In this document: positions 1-12,387 of the stretch, piece after piece
How the letters are laid out: each line of letters begins with the position of its first letter
How positions within the stretch are numbered: position 1 is the first letter of the stretch
Assembly: GCA_051362555.1 (NCBI GenBank)
Contig: CM120643.1
Location: 14,544,644-14,608,643 of the forward strand
Origin: Lingula anatina
Taxonomy: Eukaryota; Animalia; Brachiopoda
DNA: 64,000 bases
Direction: 5' to 3'
Translations under genes and position numbers: made by a program
The notes under the pieces: generated by a model
What the model saw: only the letters and a program-made list of their open reading frames with translations
Database searches by the model: none
What the model was told of the DNA's origin: nothing

Positions 1-872
1 TGTTATACATGCACTTCTTAATGCAGATGACATGAGTGTGTGGTCTAGAAATACGCGGAAACTTATTGACTGATTTGAGAATACTTCTGATCAGAGCTTT
101 AGTGCTAAAACTCTATCGTTTACTCCGATCTTCAAGTCTCATATCCTGTTTCATTCCTACGAAGTGTACGATTACGAGTGATCTGTTTTGGTTCGAATCA
201 AATCATTGGCATTCGTAAATGAACAAGAGCACGCGGGTCTCTCTTAACTCTCCTAAGTAAACGCGGCAAAAGACGTTCGCACACTCAAGCGCGCGCACAC
301 ACACACACACACACTCACATAAACAGGAGCTTAGACTAGTTGTATTTATGATAATATGTTTATTTGATGTTAATCTCTAATAAACATGCCCTTTGCTAGA
401 GTAGCTATAGATTTTAGTAGTTTTCAGTTTTAAGTGACGCTTACGTTTCAAATTTCTCTTGCTCGAAGAGGGTGGAAGTTTTGCTAAATTTACATTACAT
501 AAATATGAGAGGGTCGCTTTCAGTTGCAGCATGTTCAGGTACTTAATAATAATAATAATAATAATAATAATGCTTATTTGAAGCTGAAATAGTTGGATTA
601 TACAATAATATAAATCGTTAAATTCATGAAATAAGAATAAGATAAATAATTGAATTGTAAATGAGAAGTGCTAACATGAAAGAAAGCATTTGGTACTCCG
701 AGGATATTTAAAAAATACGTTAAGATTAAGATTCATTTAAAAACACATTAAAAGTAAGGTAAAGGAAAAGTGCGGCGACGGAATGGCATCTTACAACAGA
801 CGAAGGTCTGATGGGTGTGGTCTACCGCTGAAATTCACAGTAAATTGGTGGTCGGGTGTTGGTTCTGCCACG

Positions 873-1065
873 ACCCCAGCAACCTGGGAGGAAGACTAAC
901 ATGGAGATATTTTCTTAATACCAATCACTGCCTCTCCCCGAGGGTCAAGTTAAACTGGAAATGTGACTTAAACGCATCACCAGTTTAACTTGACCCTCGG
1001 TGAAAGGCACTGATTGGTATTAAGAAAAGATCTCCATATTGATCTCCCGCCCAGGTTGCTGGGGT
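873..1065. repeat. Foldback inverted repeat (86-bp arms, 21-bp loop), MITE-like
   Basis: 873-958 (accccagcaacctggg...cgagggtcaagttaaactgg) is an imperfect reverse complement of 980-1065; no clear TSD. Confidence 0.85.
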
Positions 1066-1736
1066 GTTGAAAAGTGCATGACGGAGGTCCATCTTTGCTG
1101 GTATCTCGATCGCCTGGTCAGGGTAGAAGTACACAGGGCGTGCATAAAGTAAACTTAGACCGGCGTCTTTTACATGACCAGTTTCGACAAATAACTTAAT
1201 GGACTTAGTGCTAGTAACTTCATTTCTCCAAAGATCGTGATTTGGGTTTTTAATACATCCCTTGTGACCATCAATTATCTCGTACCTGAAATGAAGGAAT
1301 TGATTGAAAAATTGCGTTTTTCTGTCAAATGAATCCATGATTTTATTTTAAGCCAGGTATAAATAAACGCAACCTAAACTTTCAAACCAAAAAATTTGCT
1401 GTCTTTTTACCCAGAAAGATCAGTAATAATCCATTTATTGATGATGTACAGACTGTGTTACAAAATGTGGTTGATCGATTCAGACCAATAGATATTTTTT
1501 TCAACTATACTACAAATGAATTAACCAAATCAAAGTAAGCTACTTTTTGCATTGATGCCTTTGGGAATTCAGACTAATTTATTCCAGGACTGCACAAAGA
1601 TAATAAGTATTTTACCATGGTAAAAAGAATGCACGTAGAATTTAACTTTTCGATTAGAATAGTTTTGTACCCCCAAAACCCTACAAAGTGTAGAGATTTT
1701 TCTTACTGTTTTTTATTCATTTTCAATCTATTGTAT

Positions 1737-1781
<45 letters not shown>

Positions 1782-1996
1782 GACTTTAAGATGCTTTAAG
1801 ATGGCTTTACTCGGCAAGACTCGTGTCAGCTCTAGCTTCTGTTAACACCAGTGGATGTAATTATACTTTTAAATTGTAGCCATTAAGACTGTGAAAGTGA
1901 CAATACTTTTCCACAGGACAAGAAATTGAGCCAATAACGTTGAGAAAAAAAGAGCGATTGCAAATGACACAAAAATTATTTATGGCTTTTGCTCTA

Positions 1997-2195
1997 ACCA
2001 AACAAGACGAGGTTTGCAATAATCTAACCTCGTTAAAGTTTTCAATCTTTTCATCTTTGTCTGTAAATTATTCAGATTATGTATCTAAAGGATTGTTGTG
2101 ACCAAACAAGACGAGGTTTGTAATAATCTAACCTCGTTAAAATTTTCAACCTTTTCATCTTTGTCTGAAAATTATTCAGATTATGTATCTAAAGG
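1997..2195. repeat. Direct duplication, ~95 bp, period 104
   Basis: accaaacaagacgaggtttg...gattatgtatctaaagg at 1997 and 2101. Confidence 0.9.
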
Positions 2196-2733
2196 TTATC
2201 AAGATATGGAGCTCATTAACACATAGTTATTTCGATCATGTAAACATTCTTGTCTATCATGTTAATTAATCATGAAACAGCATTTTTACACGCGTTAAAT
2301 ACATGAAGAGTTAAGATTAAGTGATGCCTTTTCAATACTGCAGCATTCAGTTCATTTTGATTTTTTCTGTTATGAACACGCAAGATTAAAATTAACGTTC
2401 ATCACTTAAAACTAATGATGGCCACTGATAAGTAAATGCCCTTAAAATGTTTTTTGGAGATTTTGCAAAAAAAATGTCTCACAGCGACGCTTAGCGCGAT
2501 ATGAATGAAAAAAATTATATGGCGAGACGATCATTCATTATCATTACTGCAGTTGTATTTTCTCGTTTGCGACCGATCTCTCAACTGGCTGAATTAATTA
2601 TGGTTAATGGAGAATCCCATGAATTTGTTATTAAATCTAGCTTATGTTGTTTTTGTAACCTTTGCCTGAAGTAGCGGATTTAGGGGGGTGTCAGAGGGTC
2701 CTGACCCCCCCCCCCCTTTGATTTCTGAAGAGT

Positions 2734-3140
2734 CCACACCCTAATGCCCTGGTGCAGCTCCATCAAGCTCTTCGGGACGAATGGGACACAGGGGTGGATC
2801 CAGCATTATTTGAAGGAGGGGTCCGTGGATGCAAAGCCGACCCCACCCCCCACCCCCTTGGCGTGGGGTTCGGGGCCTGGTGACGGCGAACGGTGCCAAT
2901 TTGGTACGGTTTAGAAATACCAGTATGATATATCTGGTCAAAATTCTTATTTCAAGAGGGGACCATTAGTGTGATTTTTTCAGAAATCGAAGGGGGGTTC
3001 AGGACCCCCCCCCCCCCCCGACACCCCCCTAAATCCGCCACTGGGACAATATCCCACAAACAGACTTGTAATCCTTGGTAGAGGCATGCCGCGCCGCCTA
3101 CAGGAGATATTTGCAGTTAGCCGTAGACACACACGATAAT
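2734..3140 (+). pseudogene. Tc1/mariner transposase C-terminal remnant split by the MITE
   Basis: With the MITE removed it reads PHPNALVQLHQALRDEWD-NIPQTDL*SLVE(frameshift)MPRRLQEIFAVSRRHTR, matching the Tc1 end motif W..IP....L..SMPRR...V....G..T.Y. Confidence 0.75.
2789..3043. mobile_element. hAT-like MITE (CAG...CTG) with a 5-bp TSD, inserted in a Tc1 fragment
   Basis: Termini caggggtggatcc / aaatccgccactg; GGACA duplicated at 2784-2788 and 3044-3048; poly-G/C subterminal tracts. Confidence 0.8.
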
Positions 3141-6100
3141 CGACACAAAAGAACCTTGGTACAATACAAATATAGACCAATTTTTTAAAACTATTTTGCT
3201 CAGTTTTAATATGTGTGTTTTATCCGTGCAAAGACAGTTTAAGTATTAATTCTGTAGAGTTTACTTATGGAAAATTACCTATGGAAGTATCATACAAGAC
3301 AATTCAATAAACCTGTGAAACTTAAACGTTTTTTTTAAAGTGTCCGTCTATGTTTTAAGGAGACAAAAAAACAAAGGAAGAAAAAAAGAAATACCAATAA
3401 CCATATGTTTATAACAGTTTATGCTGTACCTTAAGGTTGAATGAAAATCCTGTCTTTTCTATCACAATCCCCCTAGTTTGTTCATGCGACCTACAGGTAT
3501 GACAACTGGTTTATATGCTCAATTTCAAGTGTGTTGACTTTGAAATGCGTATTATTTTATTTATTTATATTTGTTGTGTTTGTATGTGTCATTATAATTT
3601 TATAAACCCCTAATCCTCTTTTCGAGATGGATACTATTGTGCCTTCTCATAAACCAGACTATAATTCAAACCGAAGCGTCCGCACGGAAAGTAGGTGACC
3701 TCTTCATTATTATGTAAATCAGGAGAACGTTTTGGTGAGAGGTGCTCAGATAGGACCAAGGTCAGTAGAAGATGGAAAAGAAGAATGTCCCATGCCATAT
3801 TCCTGTTACTGCCACACGTAAACCGAAAAGATGCCACCGAAACCGACTGTAGTATCAAGTAAGTTCCGTACAGATGGTAGGAAATGTATTGTAGCATTTC
3901 TTAGTTTTGCAGTGACGATATTTTCCCCGAAATGGTGCACTCTAGGCATAATGACCATGGGGACATCTAACTGACGTGAAGGATACTGTCTCTTAGCTTT
4001 CCTTCAGTGCCTTTTGGGCACCCTTTTGTTTTTGATACAGTTAACTTTCCATAAGGTTTCAACATAAAAATATATGTTTGTATTATTTCAAAGCTTAATT
4101 GCGATTTGTTCATTATAATGCAAAAGATACTGACACGAATTGCTGTAATGTGCAAGTACTGCTTTATCCAAGCTTTATCAGATTTTTAGATATTGTTTCA
4201 TGAATGTGAATTTATTCCTTGTATTCCAGTGACTCTAAGTACCGTTTACGAAGATACCAGATGCGTCCTACTCAGAGACAGCTTTCGTGTTCGACAAAAT
4301 ATAACCCCACACCCATGCCAAGATCGACTCCTAGGTCGACGCTTGTCTGCTTGTTAATTTGCAGGGACGACATTTAGTACGGAATATTATGCTTGCTTTT
4401 GGTTGGAACATTCTGCTCCAAAACGTATTTCAAATTAAAAGTTGAATAAAATAAGCTTTTTTTAAAGAAACTTTTCAAAGAAATTAAATCCATACTAAGC
4501 GTCCGCCCTGCATGACGTCGGTTTGCTTCTCTTGGTAATTGTATGTTACTATGTTGTAATACAGTACTCTATCTGATCATGATGTTACGAGGGCAATTTA
4601 TGTGTACTTTTGAGTCAAGTTGATACCCGTCCCTTTTCGAACATGAAACGGCAGATTTGAAGTTCTTATTTAGCAGAAATGTCCGTATAAAAATAAGTGA
4701 TTGTTTTAAAATTATCATATATTAATTTCCAAGAAGAGAAATGTTTTCTATTTGTCACTAAAAATACGTGTGGGCGAATCTGCAGTATGACACCTCGCTG
4801 TGAACTTGAAGATGTAATCCTATTCATTTTAAATGATGTTGACTTCTCTGAAGGAAAGACATTGCAACCGCATTACGTTAAATGTATATAGGAAACGTTC
4901 AATTACATTTATCATTTGTGCATTCGAAAAATAGGAAAAGATGTAAGTGTTCTAAAGACGCCGATAATAAAACATAAAATATCTTAGAAATCCCAAAATT
5001 ATTTAACGGGAAAAATGTGAACACGTTACTGCAGAATTGTCCACATGTATTATAACGATCTTTTAATAATTATGAATGTGGCACTGTGGCTGTGAATAAA
5101 CTTTCTCTGGTTCTCGGCGTTTTCAGTGTTGGGCGGGGATCAAATATCTGTTTTCTGAAAGTTAAACCAAGGGGTGGGGTAAAGATTGCCATCCAAAATA
5201 AAAATTAATTTCATATTGCAGTAGTAGATATGATAAGAAAACTCTTCCTAAAGTTGGCTTTAAAATTTTCCCACGATTAGGATCATTTATACATTGTATG
5301 CCGTTTAGGACTTGTATTACAAAAAAGAAGTGTCGAAAAATGGGAAATAGACTTCATTTAGATAACCTTTGTCCATTAAAATGTTTCTGTAGGACTGATA
5401 TTAATCATAACCTTTTGCATTTCTTATTTTCAAAATCCCTTAAGCTGTCGCAAAGCCCAAATTTCGGGAGGTCATGGGTATTCTGAAAGGCTTCAATGCA
5501 TTTTTAGACCGTCAACTCTTGTCAATTTTGCTCAAAAAGAAAGTGAACAATTTATAATTCCATTCTTACAGTTTTTATGTCAGTTATTTATTTAAGAATG
5601 TTACGGGATTATCATCTTAAAATGTTATTTTGTTCCTCTAAACCCTAATTTCGATAATCTACCAAAGGGTATCTAAACTTTAATACTTCTTTTGGTTTGA
5701 ATTTTTCTAGTGAAAAACATGCCTAAAACGTGAATAGGAATTTTCTAATAAAGTTTTTTTGTATTCTCGTGCATTTTAATCTATTTTCGGGAGCGAAGGG
5801 TTATTTAGATAGACAGGTTTGGTGAGATATCAGTCCTGCATTCCTATGTTGTGTTATTTGTGCTTAGTGTCATCACTGAAAACCGAGAACCAGAGTTAAT
5901 TTTAAGTGAATGTGAAAAGTCACATGAAGTACATTGATTTTTGTGTAACCTTTTCAGTTTTCTTTGTATATTTTCTTTGTATCTTTGTATGTTATTCTGA
6001 ATTTGGCAAAGACTTGGATAATCTTGTAAGCTTCCCATGTCTTTATGTCGCTCAAGATTCCCATGCTTTGCAAGTGTAAATTTTCATCCACAATTACGCA

Positions 6101-6694
6101 CTGTATTATATTTATTTTCGGATTTAATGCAAAGAAAACAAAAATATCGATTGGCAAAACATCCTGGAATCTTACAAACATGAAAAAATATTGGCGACTG
6201 TTCGATTTTGTGTGCAAAATTCAACAAGACGACATAGTACAAGGTGTGCTTACATGCGCGTGTGCATTAGTGCACGAATGGCGCTTACAGCAGATTATAC
6301 GCATTTTTAAAATTGTTACAACCTCTGAATTTGGACGGAAATGTTTTTGATTTAATTCGATGATGACAAAGCACTTACGTCAACTTTGACAAAAATTTGG
6401 CAAGTAATGTTTGTTAAAAATCCATTTTGTTCATTATCAGTTCTTGCCAAATTCTTTCAAATGTTACAATCCTGAACTTTTTTTGTAAATCTGTATTTTA
6501 GTAACAATGTTCAAATGCATAAAATCTCGACTTGTTTTACATACAAATATATACTGCCTTTTTTGTTTGTTTTAATTTGGGGCATAAAATGTTATATTTT
6601 CATTATTTTTGTAAAAAAAAAGCTTTTGTAAATAATTCATATGACAATAATAAACGCGCAAATGCTTTACTTCGTTCAAAACTGAAAAGTTTAT

Positions 6695-7060
6695 AGTCCT
6701 AGCTCGCCTCGAACTCATCAACTCCTGTTCACCATCCTGCCGTCTTATCTATTGAGCCACCGACTCTTCTTACATTCTATCCGTTCTAAGGATCCTCTTG
6801 TCGCAGTTTAAATTACTTATCTAGATTTTTTTTTGCAAAAGGTAATTTGCTGGGACCTAGAAGCGCCAGGTTTCGAACCCAAGTCTTGCTGGGTCCGAGA
6901 CTCGCGTGCTATCCACTCCTCCAAGTGTTCCCGCCCACCCACCCCTGGTAGACTTTTCTTTTATAGTAACTAAAGGGAATTTTGAAAAGCCCTTTTGGAA
7001 AAGAATCTAATATGTTCCAAGTACCCAAATCGAACCCCAACCCTTAGAGTTCCACCGAGC
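6695..7060 (-). repeat. Three degenerate tRNA-derived units spaced ~160 bp apart
   Basis: On the - strand: A/B boxes tggctcaatag..gagttcgaggc (6695-6767), tggaggagtgg..ggttcgaaacc (6861-6930), and ggttcgattt near 7030. The stems do not pair as intact tRNAs. Confidence 0.55.
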
Positions 7061-10000
7061 CAATGAAAACGCCAAGTCATTTTGCATATAATTGTAAAGT
7101 ACTTTATTTGAACCAAAATAAACTGCCACTGGTGTATTCTCATATTTTCAAATATCCACTTGTTAAAGATTTTAAAAATATTTTAATCACAATAAGTTTT
7201 GAATATTCAGATATGTAAAAACAAAAATATTGATATCTGCATTAACTCGCTCAAGTTTAATTTGATAAATAAACTATCTAATAAACTACTTGGCTAATGT
7301 TTGATCTCAGATAAAATATCAATCAGATTTTACAATTACATTTTAACAAAAACAACGGCAGATCTAATATTTGTCTCACCCACACCACCACAGGTAAAAA
7401 TCGAAAGAGACTCACTCTGATATGATAAATTATGATTTTAAAAGTTACAAAAATATTCCAAATTGTCGAGAATTTCATAGCGTGGCACCATTTAAAAATA
7501 CCATGCATCTGCCATTGTTTTAGTTTCATTTTATAACAGTTATTGCTTGTAAGGAAAATATTTTTACTATGCTTTACAAATAATTGTCACAAGCCGTGTG
7601 TGAAATAAATTTTAACATTTTACAGCAACTGATACAGCCAAATACACCGAGAGATTCACTTCAATGGGGAATGTGAAAAAAAATTCCCCTAGAGACAATG
7701 ATTATTGACAATGATTATTGAAAAGCATTTTAGCAATTGCAATATGTGTAAATATCAAACCCAGGCAAAAAGGAGGGACAAATCATGGTTTTACTTCCTT
7801 GCAGTTATATTTTATTTTAAAGTCCAACAATTTGTAACAAATGGTTTAACTTGTACCATGCGATAACGTAAACACCATTTCTGCATCTGTTGCTCTTATA
7901 CTGAAGATGGTGCTGAGATAGAATTTGTACAAAGCAGCAGAGTTTTGAAAATGGGAAAATTTGGATAACATGACTGTTCCCTTCATCTTTATGCAAAAGT
8001 GAGATCTGTCCAACAAATTAATGCCACAAATGCAAGCCATAATTAACAAATAATTACAAAAAAATATTGCACACTCTACTCACCTTAACTTTAAAAAAAA
8101 TAGATTATATTAAGATTACAATTCAGATGAGCAAATTTATATAAATAACCAAAACCGTTCAACATATATCCATGTTCTTTTTATGCACAGTTTAACAGGT
8201 AGACTTGAATTAGCAGCATTAGTTGACAACTATATGTAATTTACGCAAATTGAGTATTAAAGGTGCGTTGCATTGCTCAAACAAAATGATCGACTGTGGT
8301 CCGTAAAAATGACATTTTTCACTCAACAAGACAGCAAGTTTTCAAGCTTCAAAAGAGTATACAATTACGAGTTTTAAGTACTAAATTTCGAGTACTCCTT
8401 GCTATGGAGATAAAGTTAATGTTTTTCTCACGTGGTGATAGAATTATGGAAATTTGGAACCCCAAACGTGGTTTTCAGATCGAAGTTTTCGAAATGTTTT
8501 TGGGATAAAGGGGAATTTTTTTTTTTTTTGCTTTATTAAAGGTCTAACCCTCATTTCTGTCTTCAAAATTAAGAATTTTACAACAGGTATTAGAATTGAG
8601 TATAAATATTGTAAATGCCAAGTTCCTAATGATGAATAAAATGCTCGCAACTTAGAAAATGAAAATATGAATTTTAAAAATCTTTTGATAGAATTTTGTC
8701 AACTAAGCATCAAATAATTTAAAAATTGAATTAAATTGATTATGTATTATTTGTAAGATCAATAACGTAAGACTGCTTCAGTATGTTTTATTTCTCTCCA
8801 TAGCATTTTAAGGAACGTAAAAAAAGCAACATAAAATAACAAATGTGCAAAATTACGTAAACAGATATTTCAAGGAAGCTGTTTTCATCTTTTGATTAAA
8901 AGGTCAAACTGAGCTTCACTTGCCAGTTTCCCTGGACAAGAAAAATAATTCCGTTTTTTTAGCATTATATTTACTTTGAAATATCATTTGAAATGTCAAG
9001 TCACAACTTGCTGCCTTGCTGAAGAATACCGCATATAGTTTTACAAACGTTACGGAGGCAAACTCATTATAATTATAGTAAAACATGTTTAAAGGTATAA
9101 GGGGCGGTTTTATATTTTGGTGAAATAAAACCAGTCTTGTTACTAATGACTACGCAATTTTAAATATGCTGCGTTTTGGATTTTTACAAAAGTCTTTGAA
9201 ATTTGGAAGCAAAAAATCATGGTAAATTGCTTTAGACAACGTGATATTGATATTAGCCATAAATGAGAAATATCAAAATTACGTTCAAATTTAACTTGCA
9301 AATTGGTGATAGCAATTCGCCCCCTATGCCTTGAAAAGGGTTGCTTTCATAATCAGCCACGCAGAAAGCATTGTAACTATTTACTAGGTCACATACTTCA
9401 GTGGGTCGAAATATATCATTGTATGGTATTATTTGTGAAATCATGCCAAAATAAGAAATGGAAGTACAACACTAAACCTTTATCCTGTCCGTTAATCTTC
9501 AATTGCGACTCTTTTGCTGAACTATAATTATGACTCAAAATCTTATTCAAATCTACTTACAAAATTTCAACAGCCAAAATTTTAAAAGAGCCATTCCACA
9601 GAATTTTCCCCATCTCGATTATTTCGCCTGTAAAACTTAATTTCACTACTAAATCTACCGATGTAGTTTCAAGTTCTGTGAAGTTAACGTGAGGTACAAC
9701 ATCCCTGTCATGAGGTGCGTGATGAAATAAAGGTGTCATGGAGGACACAAATTATCACGTGGGGAAAATTTTGGTGGATGGCAAAACCCAGTGTTCAACA
9801 TACAGCTGTCAAACTCATTTTTAAAATGCATCAAAGATAAGTTTTCGACAAATACCTAAAGCCATTGCCTTAGAACGTTTCGTTAAATCGGTTAAAACTG
9901 AAATATCCATATATATATACTTAGTATCCTGGCCGCCTCGCATCCACACCCTGGTCACGCAGAACTGAAGAAGTGACATCTCTTCCAAGGGTTTATGTTT

Positions 10001-12179
10001 CAAATGATCCATGGGGGTAGGAAGCAGGAAAAGCAAGGTTCTATTTATCAGTTAGCATAAATTGACAGACAAAACTTGATAAACAATGTACATGTACAAA
10101 AAAATAGTAATGCTCAGAAAGCTTTTGTTTCCCGCATATTTCGAAATACACCAGATTGAATTAATTAAATTTAGCTTCAGACCCTTACACACCCCAAAGT
10201 AAAATGGCATTTTGTAGGTCACTAGCTATCCATATATGGTCTATGCATACTGCAATCTGAGCAGTTTTTGCCTAGTTTGACAAACCAAACCGTTCTATAG
10301 CGCCATCTGGAGGGGAAAAGAAATTATCTTCTCTGCTGCAATCGGTACCTTAGCAGATTGTTGTAGCGTGTGTGTGTGTGTGTGCGTGTGCACGCGCTTG
10401 TGCGTACTTAATCTTTAGCACCACAGAGATGGCGATAATAATGCAATTCGAACTGGCATATATACAAATAAATTTATAGTCATTTACGAGAATCACACCA
10501 ACAGTACATGTTATCTACAAACTGTACGGGCATTACCTCTGCTCACGGTCAGCTGTCATCTTGGATCTATTAATTATATGAATCCAAAAACCATATAAAA
10601 CGACCTTAAAATACTACATCAGTCTTCCATAATGTAAAAATGCAATGATAAAATAAATAAACCCATTATATTACCTTTAATTTAATTTAATTCAATTTTA
10701 GTTCATTATTATTTTAATTAAATTAATTTATTTATTCGTTTTTATTCACTACCACAATATTTCATTCCAACCCCTCAGAGTGCCCTCTTTAAATAAAGTT
10801 TATCATCAGCATCATCTCGTTTAGCGCTCTCGCATTGAGATAGATTCTGTATAAAATGGAGTTGCCTTAAAATACTTTTGAATCTGAAAGAACTTCATAT
10901 TCGATGATAACGATTTGTGGTAACGACCTTCAATAATCCATCTATATCAACTCTACAAAATAGCTTTAAATTATTCACAACTGTTAGACCCGCACAAGAA
11001 TATAAAAAGAAAAAGTCGCCAGCGATAATTTTTTGTCAGTATTTACACGTAAATGTTGCAAAATTGGTTGTCAGTGACATATCGACCTTTTACGTGCGAA
11101 CGACCGCCGAATAATGAACTCCAACTTAGAAAACCCTATTTATTCTGTAAACTTCGTTGCATATTTAAAATCTATAACAAAGGCGACTGTTGATCCTCTT
11201 CAACCTAGGTTCGTCTACCGACTTATACCAGTGAAATTTGCTTTTAGCATTTAATTACTACTGAGGTTTGATATTAAATTACGGCTCTGAAAAAAGTGTT
11301 AAAATATCGCGTCACACGGTCGCAGGCCATTATAGACGGAACTTCCCCAGTCGTATGCTGCGTCACCGTCTTAGTGACAATGGCGTCCAGCGCATGTTTG
11401 TAAAGAGGATATATCTCAAGTTTCCTTTCTTTCATACAGGTAGATCACAGGCTGATTAGAATCGTATTTATCGTATACTAATTAGTCCACCTGATAATGT
11501 CCTTGTCGTTATTAGCATTCCTAATTAAGTGACGTATGTAAGACAATTGAATCTCACCTAATGGTCACGCGTCACGACCCATTGTGGTCCGATTTAAGGT
11601 TATTTCTATCACTTAATTTGATAATCATAAGTTTTCAAATTGATAGCGATACCACAACATTGGGAAGAAATAACATAAATGACATGCCGATCTTCGGCTT
11701 TCAATGGTCAGTCTCCTACCACTTCCTTCCAAGTGACCAAAAGTCACGACTTCGATAAAAAAAAACACTGAAAAGCCCATCTGCAGCTGCGTTAATTGTA
11801 ATCCATAACTGAGTATATCATTGACTCGAAAAAGAAGTCAACGTTCCTAAAATCGCTCTGGATGCTTTCATCGCTTGCTTAATAACTAACTTAATCACTT
11901 GCGCAAGATTGCTATCACCATTCCTCATCAGCATCGGGCCAATCATCGCTCCAATGGTACTGGCTGGAGATTACGCTGAATTTCCCTATCTCTCTTCTAA
12001 AGGGAATCCTGCATCTTCTTGGGTCGCCGCGCGTTGCAATTAAGTCCCAATTATTCTCCACGATAACCCCAGTGACCCACGGCACCCTGCCTTATTTCCT
12101 TAAAAACTCCTGAATGCATTAAACTCGTCGTTAGAATTAATAGCGGGCTCAGGTGAAAGATAACGTTGGTCGACGGAGT

Positions 12180-12387
12180 CAGACCGTTGAATTAAGCGAG
12201 GGAAAAAAGTACACGATGGTCCCCCTTTGCTAAATAATCATCGAGGGCAGCTGAGCGTTTAAACGATTCTACACGGTCCGTGAACATCGAGAGGCTCTAG
12301 GGTGAAGACGGAAGTTGCCGTGACAGAGTGGATCTCTTTGCACCACCGTCGGGCCACGGAGTAGCAGGCTCCCAGGTTTCATGTAGG
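12180..12387 (+). other. Probable non-coding first exon of the Cys-repeat gene
   Basis: GC/CpG-richer island ending in a strong donor (gg|gtaaga at 12388). The coding exon has an acceptor only ~30 nt before its ATG, so an upstream exon is expected. The start coordinate is approximate. Confidence 0.45.

Noticed and set aside
985-1338. 117-aa minus-strand ORF
   Set aside because: No recognisable motif, and it runs into the foldback repeat arm.
6861-6930. Functional tRNA gene
   Set aside because: A/B boxes are present, but the acceptor and anticodon stems do not pair.
5080-9795. One large CAC...GTG-ended transposon spanning the AT-rich block
   Set aside because: No matching TIR pair or TSD found by eye.
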